DNA from: Candidatus Omnitrophota bacterium
Lineage (GTDB): Bacteria > Omnitrophota > Gorgyraeia > Gygaellales > Profunditerraquicolaceae
Reading direction: 5' to 3'
DNA length: 64,000 nucleotides
Assembly (NCBI GenBank): GCA_028715415.1
Contig: JAQURX010000011.1
Coordinates: 1,320 to 65,319 of the forward strand
Shown here one piece after another: positions 1-9,380 of this stretch. Each line of letters opens with the position of its first letter. Position 1 is the first letter of the stretch. The translations under genes and the position numbers were made by a program. A model generated the notes under the pieces. The model worked only from the letters and a program-made list of their open reading frames with translations, did no database searches and was not told where the DNA came from.

Positions 1-341
1 TTTGTCTTCAATACTTCTCCAATAAGATCCTGAGCTTCTTGAATATTATGCTGCCTACGCAACACTTCTGCCACTCCCCACTTCGCCTCAATAATATCGG
101 GCTGCAAGCTTAAAACTTTTTCAAACGCTTCTTTTGCTTCTTTATCTTTATGTTCATTTAAGTAAAATAAACCTAAAACATACAAACTATCAACTGAAGC
201 TGGGTTACTTTGTAAAAGATTAGCTACTTGCGATTTAGTTATGCTGTCTGCCTCTTCATGCAGCCTCTTCCAATCCAGAGCAAAACAATTTAAACCCGTA
301 GAGAAAATAAATATGGCTACGAACAAAGATATTTTTTTCAT
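1..341 (-). CDS. Secreted TPR-repeat protein, 5' part only (gene continues beyond window start)
   Basis: Stop-free minus-strand frame from ATG at 341 to window edge; translation MKKISLFVAIFIFSTGLNCFA... (signal peptide) followed by TPR-like helical repeats; ATG overlaps stop of next gene (ATGA). Confidence 0.45.
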   Translation of the reverse strand, partial: MKKISLFVAIFIFSTGLNCFALDWKRLHEEADSITKSQVANLLQSNPASVDSLYVLGLFYLNEHKDKEAKEAFEKVLSLQPDIIEAKWGVAEVLRRQHNIQEAQDLIGEVLKT

Positions 342-637
342 CTTCCTTCCTTTGCCTTAAAATATTCCCAGAAAATTATCGCCATAGTAACCATACTAAA
401 GCCAAATAAAAAATCCTCTATTGGTATCGAGCCGATTCTAATACCCAGAAAATATTCCGGATTGTAAATAACTATTTGTTTCCCGGTTAAGAAACCATTC
501 ACAAGGAATTTAAAGAATACGATTGCGACAAGGAATAGATAAAAGATCGGGCGTAGCAAAATCTTAGTCTTTAAAAGAATATCTAAAAAAACGGTAACAA
601 AAATGGAAAGTATTGCGATAATTGTGTATTCTCTCAT
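338..637 (-). CDS. Lycopene cyclase domain protein (heterodimeric CrtYc/CrtYd-type subunit)
   Basis: 99 aa, 3 predicted TM helices, conserved PxE(E/D) motif (SIPIEDFLFGF); paired with second ~100 aa paralog; adjacent to phytoene synthase and CrtI. Confidence 0.55.
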   Translation of the reverse strand: MREYTIIAILSIFVTVFLDILLKTKILLRPIFYLFLVAIVFFKFLVNGFLTGKQIVIYNPEYFLGIRIGSIPIEDFLFGFSMVTMAIIFWEYFKAKEGR

Positions 638-942
638 TTTTTATTTTTTATTAATAAATTAATTGCTTCCCAAGTAAATATGCAGCAAAATGTAATTACT
701 ATGAAAAATAACACTTCTTCAACAGGCAAATTTATGATTCTATAACACCATACCCCCTCCGGACTAAAAGACCAGTGCCCGCGAAAAGTGGCAAACACAT
801 CCCAAGAACCAAATAATAGCAAAATTAATGTTATTGAATAAATAAGGGGACGTAAATGACGATAGAACTTCAAAGGCGGGTAAAAACTTAGAATCAAGGG
901 AACGATTCCTGATATTATCAAAAGGCCCATGTATTTTGACAT
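634..942 (-). CDS. Lycopene cyclase domain protein (second subunit)
   Basis: 102 aa membrane protein with PVEE motif (NLPVEEVLFF); 4-nt overlap with downstream paralog. Confidence 0.55.
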   Translation of the reverse strand: MSKYMGLLIISGIVPLILSFYPPLKFYRHLRPLIYSITLILLLFGSWDVFATFRGHWSFSPEGVWCYRIINLPVEEVLFFIVITFCCIFTWEAINLLIKNKK

Positions 943-984
943 TAGCTTATTTTATTATGTTAATTTTAGTTTTACAAGCAAAAC

Positions 985-1085
985 ATTAACGTGTTAGGCG
1001 GGTGACGCCGAGTCGGGGCACCCCGCCGAGCGCAGTGGGCGAGCACGGCGGGGTGACTCGGCGGCAGGACCCGCTCAAAAAGGAC
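985..1085. other. GC-rich (~70%) quasi-palindromic structured element between divergent carotenoid operons
   Basis: ccgagtcggggcaccccgcc ... ggcggggtgactcgg inverted repeats; strong GC skew relative to ~35% GC surroundings. Confidence 0.4.
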
Positions 1086-1120
1086 TGGATTAGCTTAAAA
1101 AAGGTTGTAGAATATTTATC

Positions 1121-1981
1121 ATGAATGGTCCAATATCACAAGGATACAAAGAAGCTGAAGGTATCACAAAAAAATTCGCTAAAACTTTTTATTTTGCCTC
1201 AAGATTCTTGCCAAAAGAAAAAAGGTTAGCCTCTTATTCTATATATGCGATTTGCCGGATTAGCGACGAAACTGTTGATAAGGCTAAATCTGAAAATTAT
1301 GCGAAAGACTTGGATGAACTGCAAGAAACAATCAACAATGCTTACTCTCAAACAGAACAAAAATCAAGCCTTCTTCTCTGTTTTCGTGAAACTGTAAAAA
1401 AATACGAAATCCCAAAATTATACTTTGATGAGCTGATATCCGGAATGCGTATGGATTTAGAAAAATCCCGTTATCGCAATTTTGAGGAATTATATAAATA
1501 TTGCTATAAAGTTGCCGGGGTAGTCGGGCTGATGATGGCAAAAATCTTTAAAAGCAACAATCCTGACTCTGAAAAATATGCTGTTAATCTGGGAGTTGCA
1601 ATGCAGCTAACCAACATCCTTAGAGATATAAAAGAAGACTTGAATAGAAATAGAATCTATTTACCCGGGGATGAATTAGAGAAATCTTCAGTCTCAGAAG
1701 GTAATCTCAACAAATCAATCATTGATGAAAATTTTAAACATTTGATGGAATTCCAAATTAACCGTGCAAGGCAATATTATGCAGACTCTTCTATTGGAAT
1801 TAAAATGATTGGTGATTTAAAAAGCCGTTTTGTGGTTTTAACAATGAGAGAGCTCTATTCTGGGATATTAAAAGAAATAGAAAGAAATAAATTTGATGTT
1901 TTTACCAAAAGAGCGCACGTTAGTTATTTTAAGAAAATATTCCTCATTCTAAAACTAATATTTAGGGGAGAAAACTTATGA
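1121..1981 (+). CDS. Phytoene/squalene synthase family (CrtB/CrtM/HpnD-like)
   Basis: Signature 1 YAICRISDETVD and signature 2 GVAMQLTNILRDIKED of squalene/phytoene synthases; 286 aa. Confidence 0.8.
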   Translation: MNGPISQGYKEAEGITKKFAKTFYFASRFLPKEKRLASYSIYAICRISDETVDKAKSENYAKDLDELQETINNAYSQTEQKSSLLLCFRETVKKYEIPKLYFDELISGMRMDLEKSRYRNFEELYKYCYKVAGVVGLMMAKIFKSNNPDSEKYAVNLGVAMQLTNILRDIKEDLNRNRIYLPGDELEKSSVSEGNLNKSIIDENFKHLMEFQINRARQYYADSSIGIKMIGDLKSRFVVLTMRELYSGILKEIERNKFDVFTKRAHVSYFKKIFLILKLIFRGENL

Positions 1982-2814
1982 AAATTAATCTTGCTAAATC
2001 AGCAGGGTTTTGTTTTGGGGTAAAAAGAGCTTTAAAGATTGCCCTTGAAACCGCCACAGTCGGCAAAGAAATATGTATGCTTGGAGATATAGTACACAAT
2101 GAAGATGTGGTAAAACAGATTAGCAAAGCCGGGGTAAAAAAAATTGGTAGGCTTTGCCAAGGGAAAGAAAAGATTTTATTGATCCGCGCGCACGGTGCAA
2201 GTTTAAGCACAATTAATAAAGCAAAAAAACTTGGATACGAAATCGTTGATGCCACCTGCTTAATGGTTAAAGAAATCCATAAAATCGCGCAGAACATGGA
2301 AAAAAAAGGTTACCGCATCATTGTCATCGGAGACAAGAAGCACGACGAAGTGATGGGAATTGTTGGACAGTTAAATTCAAAAGCAATTGTAATAGACGGC
2401 CTTGAAAGCATCCCTCCAACAATTAAAAAGATTAAAAAAGCCTGCGTTGTATCGCAATCAACGCAGAATATCAAAAAAGTAAATCAAATAGTTGATGCCC
2501 TTAAGCTCCAGATAAAGAACCTTAAGTTTTTTAATACAATATGCGTCCCGACAAAACTAAAACAAGAGGAAATAAAGCTAATGCCCCTTCAAAACGATGT
2601 CATGATTATCATCGGATCAAGAAAAAGCGCAAACACAAGAAGGCTTTATGAAATTTCAAAATCGCTTAATCAGAATAGTTACTGGATAAATTCCAGCAAG
2701 GAAATAAAACGAAGTTGGTTTAACGGAAAAAATTCGGTCGGAGTTACCGCAGGGGCTTCAACACCTGACACAACTACTAAAAAGATTATAGAATATTTAA
2801 GAAAGATAGGCTAA
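1978..2814 (+). CDS. ispH: 4-hydroxy-3-methylbut-2-enyl diphosphate reductase IspH
   Basis: N-terminus MKINLAKSAGFCFGVKRAL typical of IspH/LytB; 278 aa; start overlaps stop of upstream synthase. Confidence 0.75.
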   Translation: MKINLAKSAGFCFGVKRALKIALETATVGKEICMLGDIVHNEDVVKQISKAGVKKIGRLCQGKEKILLIRAHGASLSTINKAKKLGYEIVDATCLMVKEIHKIAQNMEKKGYRIIVIGDKKHDEVMGIVGQLNSKAIVIDGLESIPPTIKKIKKACVVSQSTQNIKKVNQIVDALKLQIKNLKFFNTICVPTKLKQEEIKLMPLQNDVMIIIGSRKSANTRRLYEISKSLNQNSYWINSSKEIKRSWFNGKNSVGVTAGASTPDTTTKKIIEYLRKIG

Positions 2815-4259
2815 ATATTCTTGTTGTTAATTAAATCCGCGACAATCCTTGAACCTGCAATTACTACCGGAAGCCCTCCTCCCGGTTGAGTACTCGCTCC
2901 CACGAAATATAAATCCTTTATCTTGGAATCAAAATTCGCCGGCCTAAAGAATGCGCTTTGCATAAGATTATGTGCTAAGCCGAAAGTTGCTCCAAATTTA
3001 ATATTATAGCGCCCGATGAAATCCTCTGGATAAAATTTATGCTCAAACTCAACCAAATCTTCAAGATTAATCCCGAGAGTTTTATTTATTTTATCAAAAA
3101 TAATCTTTCTTAACTTATCCTCATAATCTTTTATATCCTCCTGTGCATTTTCAAGATTAGGGACTGGCACGAGGATATAAAACAAATCTTTGCCTTCAGG
3201 CGCCAAGGAAGCATCGGTTACCGTAGGAACGTGTATGTAAAACGATGGGTCGTCAGGCATTGCTTTTTGATTAAATATCTGATTCAAATTCCTCTTAAGG
3301 TCTTTGGAAAAGAATAAATTATGGTGAGCTAAACCATTGACTTTTTGTTTTAACCCCAAATACATAAGATAGACGGAACAGGAATATTTAAATTTAGGCA
3401 GCCTCCTTGATAGCAAATCACTTTGCGTATAGGCATAATCGGCATTTACTACGACTTTGTCAGCTTGAACCTCTTTATTACTGCTTCTTAGGATAAACTT
3501 GCTGCCATTCTTTTTGATTTCTTTAATTTCATAATTGTAATTAAATTTTGCGCCGAATTCTTTTGCCAATCTTTCCAATGCTAAAGGTATTCTGTACATT
3601 CCTCCCATAGAATGGAAAATTTTCTGCACATGGTCAGTATAGCTAATTATGCTGTAAAATGCCGGGGCATTAAAAGGCGAAACACCCATAAACATTGCTT
3701 CAAAAGTAAATGCGTAACATAATTTCTCCGACTTGAAATATTTTTGAGCTAAGTGCCAATATGACTCAAAAGCATGAATCTTCCCGATTAAAGGCCAATA
3801 AGCAGGATTGACTAATGACTTGGCAGTAAAACATTTAAAAAGAAGCGGCCTGACAGCCTTATAGATTTTCTCAGCTTCTTTGATAAATTTTCCATAAGCC
3901 TCCACACTCCCCTTCTCTATTCTTTCAAGCTCACCCTTGGTTAATTCATTGTCTTTGTAAACATTCAGTATTTCGCCATCCGGATAATAAATCCTATAAT
4001 TAGTATCTAAGGCTTTTAAATTAAGGTAATCTGAAATATTCTTTCCGCAGTAAGTAAAAACTTCTTCAAAAAAATCCGGCATCATCACAAATGACGGGCC
4101 CATATCAATTTTAAAACCGCGGTCCTCAATTATATTATTGCGCCCGCCGCAATTAGGAAGTTTTTCAAAAACTTCAACCTCCCAGCCATCTTTGGCAAGC
4201 CGGGCTGCTGTTGCCAGACCGCCAACCCCTGCTCCAATAATCGCAATTTTTTTATCCAT
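2811..4259 (-). CDS. Phytoene desaturase family FAD-dependent oxidoreductase (CrtI/CrtD-like)
   Basis: N-terminal Rossmann GAGVGGLATAARLAKDGWEVEVFEK; 482 aa; C-terminal GGGLPVV motif typical of CrtI family. Confidence 0.8.
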   Translation of the reverse strand: MDKKIAIIGAGVGGLATAARLAKDGWEVEVFEKLPNCGGRNNIIEDRGFKIDMGPSFVMMPDFFEEVFTYCGKNISDYLNLKALDTNYRIYYPDGEILNVYKDNELTKGELERIEKGSVEAYGKFIKEAEKIYKAVRPLLFKCFTAKSLVNPAYWPLIGKIHAFESYWHLAQKYFKSEKLCYAFTFEAMFMGVSPFNAPAFYSIISYTDHVQKIFHSMGGMYRIPLALERLAKEFGAKFNYNYEIKEIKKNGSKFILRSSNKEVQADKVVVNADYAYTQSDLLSRRLPKFKYSCSVYLMYLGLKQKVNGLAHHNLFFSKDLKRNLNQIFNQKAMPDDPSFYIHVPTVTDASLAPEGKDLFYILVPVPNLENAQEDIKDYEDKLRKIIFDKINKTLGINLEDLVEFEHKFYPEDFIGRYNIKFGATFGLAHNLMQSAFFRPANFDSKIKDLYFVGASTQPGGGLPVVIAGSRIVADLINNKNI

Positions 4260-4264
4260 TAGGT

Positions 4265-5434
4265 TTATTTATTTGAAAATATTCTTTTGATAAACATAGT
4301 AGCAAAGCTACCGCGCAAAAGCATAAAACTTAATACTAATTTCTTTTTCCTTGAATAAAGCTCGTCATCAACTACATTATACTCCAAGCCTTGCGGCTTA
4401 ACAATTGCTTTACGCAAGAAAGATTTGAAGAACGCCCGCCTTAATTTAATTTTATTAAACATGGGGTTCTTAATTCCGTTCTGCTCTAAAACTTTATCGT
4501 AAGCTTCCTGAGCGATACAATCGGGCAATGAGGGCTTGTTTCCCGGAACAGGCAAATTTAAGCCATTCAAATAACGATAGCTATCCTCATCTAAGCTCTC
4601 ATAAAAAACATATTCCCCGCAAACTCCCGGATAATGAAAAGTTTTATACTTAGAAAAAGTTAAAATAATATTTCTTAATACCTCATTCCAAAGAAATGAC
4701 TGGTATGAAGAAAAATAAGTTGCCAGGGCTTCATGAGGAATTAATTTTAATACTTCCAAAAAATTATTTGGCTTTGCGCTTAACAGATCAAATGAATTCT
4801 TTTCAAAATCAGTTTTTGCTTTTAGCTTACATGCTTTCCAATCTCTCCAGTTATCAAAGAAATATTGTTTTCTATCCCTGTCTTCTTTTCTTTCATTGGC
4901 ATTAGTAGATGTAAGAAATATTTTTAATGCGCCGTTAAATTGGTTCTTTAATATTTTCTCCGCAAAAAAACCTTGCCGGGAATCAAAACTGCCAAACCGC
5001 TGGTCATCAAAATAATTGGGAAACCCCAATGAATTCACTTCTTCCATTATAATTAATGCCTTCTTAACATCCTCTATATTCAAATCTCTTATTGTTATTT
5101 TGAATTTATTTTCCTTTATTAATGCAGGGGCCATTGGCTTACCCATTAGGCCGATAAATTTAAGAGAATAATCTTTTTCTTTTAATTCAATTATCTTTGG
5201 ATTTTTTATGGTTATGTATTGACTAGTTAAGCCATATTTATCTTTTCTTCCTCCGTATGAAAAATACTTAAACTGGATTTTTGACCTTTGCGCAATTTCT
5301 TTTAAGAGCTCAACAGTATTTCTTCCTTTTTTCTCCAGTAAATAAACCGCATAATCGCCTTTTTTAACAAAAGGCAAATTAGCTATCTCTTCAACCACAA
5401 AATCTTCCGGTTTAACTTTAATTTTTACTTTCAT
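4265..5434 (-). CDS. truD: tRNA pseudouridine(13) synthase TruD
   Basis: PEDFVVEE and GFPNYFDDQRFG motifs matching TruD signature regions. Confidence 0.6.
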   Translation of the reverse strand: MKVKIKVKPEDFVVEEIANLPFVKKGDYAVYLLEKKGRNTVELLKEIAQRSKIQFKYFSYGGRKDKYGLTSQYITIKNPKIIELKEKDYSLKFIGLMGKPMAPALIKENKFKITIRDLNIEDVKKALIIMEEVNSLGFPNYFDDQRFGSFDSRQGFFAEKILKNQFNGALKIFLTSTNANERKEDRDRKQYFFDNWRDWKACKLKAKTDFEKNSFDLLSAKPNNFLEVLKLIPHEALATYFSSYQSFLWNEVLRNIILTFSKYKTFHYPGVCGEYVFYESLDEDSYRYLNGLNLPVPGNKPSLPDCIAQEAYDKVLEQNGIKNPMFNKIKLRRAFFKSFLRKAIVKPQGLEYNVVDDELYSRKKKLVLSFMLLRGSFATMFIKRIFSNK

Positions 5435-5494
5435 TTGATTGCAAATAATAAACCCCTCTGCAAAAAATTGCAGAGGGGTAGTTTGAAAATTATC

Positions 5495-5881
5495 TTATAA
5501 GTATTTTAAAATCTGATTTAACACTTTTTCTGTCGCGGCCTTATCGGAAATCATGCCTACCCTTACTTCTACCCTTGAAGCCCTATCTGAAATACGACGG
5601 ACATCAATCCAGATTGTTTTTCCGTCAGTATAATTACTTTTAATCTGAGTAATCTCATCTTTTCTGGTTTCTTTCGTGATCCTTAGCTTCATTGATTCAA
5701 GTGCGCGTTTGCAACCATCTATCGCCCTGTCATACGAAGCGTTGACCTCTTGAGACAACTTCCCTGATAACCAAGTAGAAGTTCCTGCTCCACCAGCAGC
5801 ACCGGCAACCACAGCCACACAACCGCAAATATTCATTAGCATAAAGACTGCGATAATCAACACTACAAAATTTTTAAACAT
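5495..5881 (-). CDS. Hypothetical lipoprotein
   Basis: Signal peptide with lipobox-like LMNICGC; 128 aa. Confidence 0.35.
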   Translation of the reverse strand: MFKNFVVLIIAVFMLMNICGCVAVVAGAAGGAGTSTWLSGKLSQEVNASYDRAIDGCKRALESMKLRITKETRKDEITQIKSNYTDGKTIWIDVRRISDRASRVEVRVGMISDKAATEKVLNQILKYL

Positions 5882-5901
5882 ACCCCCTCCTTATCTTAAC
5901 T

Positions 5902-6228
5902 TTAACGCTTAACCGTAATCCTTAATGCTTTTAAACCTGCCATTGTATTAATGTATTCTACAGTAACTTCATCAGATATAAGAATATCTCCTAAGGAAAT
6001 GCTCTTCGTGCCTCTTGTAATCTTTGTTTCGTTCGTAACAACAAAAGTAATTTCATCCGAATATAGGCCCTGACGAATAAATATAATTAATTTATCTGCG
6101 ACCCAATCGGTTTCCCTGACCTTGCCTGAAACGATATTTATTTGTTGCTTCGGATTAGATTCCTGAGAATAGGCAGTAGCAATTAATGAAATACTTAAGA
6201 AAAGAATAAACAAGCCAGTCTTTACCAT
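5902..6228 (-). CDS. Hypothetical secreted protein
   Basis: N-terminal signal peptide; 108 aa; no recognised motif. Confidence 0.3.
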   Translation of the reverse strand: MVKTGLFILFLSISLIATAYSQESNPKQQINIVSGKVRETDWVADKLIIFIRQGLYSDEITFVVTNETKITRGTKSISLGDILISDEVTVEYINTMAGLKALRITVKR

Positions 6229-6268
6229 TTATCCCTCCTTTGTTTTAATTATAAAGATTTATCAATAA

Positions 6269-6296
6269 TTGACAAGTAAAATTTAGTTAATATAAT
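6269..6296 (+). promoter_or_regulatory. Sigma70-like promoter (TTGACA-16nt-TATAAT) for cstA
   Basis: Consensus -35 TTGACA at 6269-6274 and -10 TATAAT at 6291-6296, 6 nt upstream of ATG 6303. Confidence 0.5.
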
Positions 6297-6302
6297 ATCT
6301 TT

Positions 6303-8081
6303 ATGCATGCCTTAACATTAATAATTACCAGTTTACTTATTTTTGCCCTAGCATATAGATTTTATGCGAAATTTATCATTACAAAAGTGCTTGTGGCAAA
6401 TATCCACCGCCCCACCCCAGCTCATACTTTCCGAGACGGAAAAGATTACCATCCTACTAATAAATACATATTATTTGGCCATCATTTCGCGGCTATTTCC
6501 GGGGCTGGCCCGCTTGTTGGCCCAGTTCTGGCAGCGCAATTTGGGTATCTTCCCGGATTCCTTTGGATTTTAATTGGAGCTGTTTTGGGGGGAGCCGTCC
6601 ATGACACCGTAATCCTTTTTGCAAGCGTAAGGATGAAAGGCTACTCGCTTACCCGCTTGGCAAGAAAACATATCGGCCCGGGTGCCGGATTTATTACGGG
6701 CATTGCAATTCTTTTTATTATTATTACAGCTCTTGCAGGACTTGCATTAGTCGTAGTTAATGCGCTTAATGAAAGCTCATGGGCAACATTTACAATCGCA
6801 GTTACTATTCCCGCAGCACTACTAACCGGGTTATATATGTATAAAATCCGCCCGGGGAAAATTATTGAGGCCTCGCTAATCGGAGTATCAATTGTAGTTT
6901 TAGGCGTAGTTATCGGAGAACCACTCTCAAAAACAAGTTTTGGATCATATTTCCTTCTCTCAAAACAATCTCTTTCCATAATTCTTCCTGCGTATGGGCT
7001 GATTGCTTCAATTTTACCGGTCTGGCTACTCCTTTGCCCGCGCGACTATTTAAGCTCTTACATGAAAATAGGAACAATTCTTTTCCTTACTCTTGGAATA
7101 TTTATTGTTAACCCGCATATTCGCATGCCCGCGTTTACCCCATTTATCCATGGGAATGGCCCGATAATCCCGGGAAAAGTCTGGCCTTTTGTCTGCATTA
7201 CTATTGCCTGCGGAGCAATCAGCGGATTCCATAGCCTGGTAAGTTCCGGCACAACTCCAAAAATGATTAACAGCGAAGCTGATATCCGCTTAATCGGATT
7301 TGGCTCAATGTTAACAGAAGCAGTGGTTTCAATTATGGCGCTCATTGCCGCAACCGTCATGCTTCCGGGAGATTATTTCTCAATAAATTTACCGGCGGAT
7401 GTTTTCCAAAAATTAGGATTAAACATTTCGCAATTGCCACAAATAGAACAAATGACAAAAGAAACCCTCTCTGCCCGGCCGGGTGGCGCGGTTTCGCTTG
7501 CCGCAGGAATGTCCCTCATACTTTCCTCTATACCCGGGATGAAAAACCTAATGGGATACTGGTATCATTTTGCAATAATGTTCGAGGCATTATTTATTTT
7601 AACAACAGTAGACACGGGAACACGGGTTGCAAGATATATCCTTCAGGAAATGATTAAAACATTTAACCCGAGGGCAAAATTAGCAAAAGGAACGTGGATT
7701 CCCGGAGTAATTATATGCGGTGTGGTTATAAGTTTTCTTTGGGGGTATCTAGTTTATAACGGAGATATATCTACTATCTGGCCGATGTTTGGTGTGGCAA
7801 ACCAACTCTTGGCAACATTAGCCTTGGCAATCGGGACGGTTTATATACTGAAGCACTCAAAGAAATGGTATTATGGATTTATTACTTTTGTTCCTTCGGT
7901 ATTTATGTTTGTAACTACTTTTGTCGCAAGCTTATATAATATATTCAACAATTACCTGCCTAAACAAACATTCCAGGGAAATCTAAACGCCAGCCTCTCT
8001 ATTATTATGCTTATTCTAGTAGTTATCATCTTCTACCACTCTTTAAGAAAATCCTATCAACTTTTAAAAGTTTCACTCTAA
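6303..8081 (+). CDS. cstA: Carbon starvation protein CstA (peptide/pyruvate transporter family)
   Basis: N-terminal region LFGHHFAAISGAGPLVGPVLAAQFGYLPG characteristic of CstA; 592 aa polytopic membrane protein. Confidence 0.85.
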   Translation: MHALTLIITSLLIFALAYRFYAKFIITKVLVANIHRPTPAHTFRDGKDYHPTNKYILFGHHFAAISGAGPLVGPVLAAQFGYLPGFLWILIGAVLGGAVHDTVILFASVRMKGYSLTRLARKHIGPGAGFITGIAILFIIITALAGLALVVVNALNESSWATFTIAVTIPAALLTGLYMYKIRPGKIIEASLIGVSIVVLGVVIGEPLSKTSFGSYFLLSKQSLSIILPAYGLIASILPVWLLLCPRDYLSSYMKIGTILFLTLGIFIVNPHIRMPAFTPFIHGNGPIIPGKVWPFVCITIACGAISGFHSLVSSGTTPKMINSEADIRLIGFGSMLTEAVVSIMALIAATVMLPGDYFSINLPADVFQKLGLNISQLPQIEQMTKETLSARPGGAVSLAAGMSLILSSIPGMKNLMGYWYHFAIMFEALFILTTVDTGTRVARYILQEMIKTFNPRAKLAKGTWIPGVIICGVVISFLWGYLVYNGDISTIWPMFGVANQLLATLALAIGTVYILKHSKKWYYGFITFVPSVFMFVTTFVASLYNIFNNYLPKQTFQGNLNASLSIIMLILVVIIFYHSLRKSYQLLKVSL

Positions 8082-9290
8082 AATACCTGTTTTACAAACT
8101 TGGGAAAATTTTAACGCGCTCTCTCTAACAGTCCTTTTATAAGTACTATAATCAATCTCTATTAATCCAAACCTCGGGCCAAAACCTTTATCCCATTCAA
8201 AATTATCCATTAGCGACCAGTAAAGATATCCCGCCACATTAACACCTTTTTCTATTGCCTGGTGGACATTTTTTAGGTGAGCGTAAATAAATTCCCAGCG
8301 CTGGCTATCATCCAAAGTACAAATTCCGTTTTCTGTGATAGTTACCGGAAGATTATATTTTTTAAGCATCAAAAGTAAATCAAAAATCCCTTCAGGATAA
8401 ATGTCCCATCCGAGAGAATTTTTCTTAAGCGGATGATGGTTATTTTGACAGGCATCCCAGACCAAATTACCAATCCCCCATTTTTTTAATTCCACTAGCT
8501 GCCGCGAGTAATAATTTAAACCGATAAAATCCATAGCCTTATGCCGGGATATTTTATTAAGGATAGAAAAATTATAAAGCTTATTTCTTAGCTTAGCAGC
8601 GAACTTGTCTTTAAAGCTCTGCGTACAAGGCACATAGGCTTGCATATGCTGGGCAATGCCTATAGACGGCTTTTCAAGATTTAATTCTTTATAAATTTCA
8701 TTTATTAACCGGTAAGCCCTGATGTGCGCTGAAACTAAATTATCTGAGACTTTTTTTGCTCTTAAATACGACTTTACCTGCGGGGGCCAAACTCCGAAAA
8801 GATAGGAATGAGACAAATATATTGTAGGTTCATTTATGGTAATCCAAAAATGAAGATGTTTTGCTAATGAACGCACTACAAAATCACAATAACGCAAAAA
8901 ATAATCAACAGACGCTTTATTCTCCCACCCGCCAAGTTTGCTAAACCAAATCGGATTAGTAAAATGGTGCAGAGTAACTAACGGCTCAATATTCCGCTCT
9001 CTTAAAGAAAGGATGACCTGAACATAATGCTTTAATTCTTCTTCGGAGAACTTACCCTCCTCTGGCTCAATACGGCTCCATTCAATGGATAACCGGTGGG
9101 CGTTGTGATTCAGGCTTTTAGCAAGATCAAAATCCTGATTAAATAATTCGTAATGACGGCAAGCCTGCCCGGAATTTTCTTTTCCGGCATCTTTCTCCCA
9201 TTGCCACCAATCAGAATTTGTATTATTACCTTCCACCTGATAGCTGGATGTCGCAGCGCCCCATAGGAAATTCTGCGGAAATTTAACCAT
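8073..9290 (-). CDS. Glycoside hydrolase family 1 beta-glucosidase
   Basis: FLWGAATSSYQVEGN N-terminal GH1 signature, catalytic TITENG and NEP motifs; 405 aa. Confidence 0.85.
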   Translation of the reverse strand: MVKFPQNFLWGAATSSYQVEGNNTNSDWWQWEKDAGKENSGQACRHYELFNQDFDLAKSLNHNAHRLSIEWSRIEPEEGKFSEEELKHYVQVILSLRERNIEPLVTLHHFTNPIWFSKLGGWENKASVDYFLRYCDFVVRSLAKHLHFWITINEPTIYLSHSYLFGVWPPQVKSYLRAKKVSDNLVSAHIRAYRLINEIYKELNLEKPSIGIAQHMQAYVPCTQSFKDKFAAKLRNKLYNFSILNKISRHKAMDFIGLNYYSRQLVELKKWGIGNLVWDACQNNHHPLKKNSLGWDIYPEGIFDLLLMLKKYNLPVTITENGICTLDDSQRWEFIYAHLKNVHQAIEKGVNVAGYLYWSLMDNFEWDKGFGPRFGLIEIDYSTYKRTVRESALKFSQVCKTGILE

Positions 9291-9345
9291 ACTAAAATTA
9301 TATCATTATAAAATAAAAAACATAACGAAATTAACATCCATAAGC

Positions 9346-9374
9346 TTGACAGAGGGATTAATACAGTGTAAATT
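9346..9374 (+). promoter_or_regulatory. Sigma70-like promoter (TTGACA-17nt-TAAATT)
   Basis: TTGACA at 9346-9351, 17-nt spacer, TAAATT at 9369-9374, 6 nt before ATG 9381. Confidence 0.45.
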
Positions 9375-9380
9375 GTTAGC

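Noticed and set aside
985-1085. Cobalamin riboswitch upstream of carotenoid genes (GCCCACTG resembles B12 box on minus strand)
   Set aside because: Only a partial B12-box-like octamer; the rest of the riboswitch consensus is not evident and the element is a near-perfect palindrome, more consistent with a hairpin or operator.
1332-1541. Short antisense/internal ORFs from the six-frame track (e.g. 1332..1541, 4696..4905, 6364..6573, 6641..6979, 7058..7360, 13098..13319, 14024..14251, 24222..24738, 35300..35953, 38040..39362, 40269..42444, 43505..44431, 45968..46384, 51887..52122, 54126..54751, 55513..56564, 57106..57555, 63391..63885)
   Set aside because: All are embedded in or antisense to longer, motif-supported genes, show low-complexity or odd composition, and lack RBS or context; treated as spurious.
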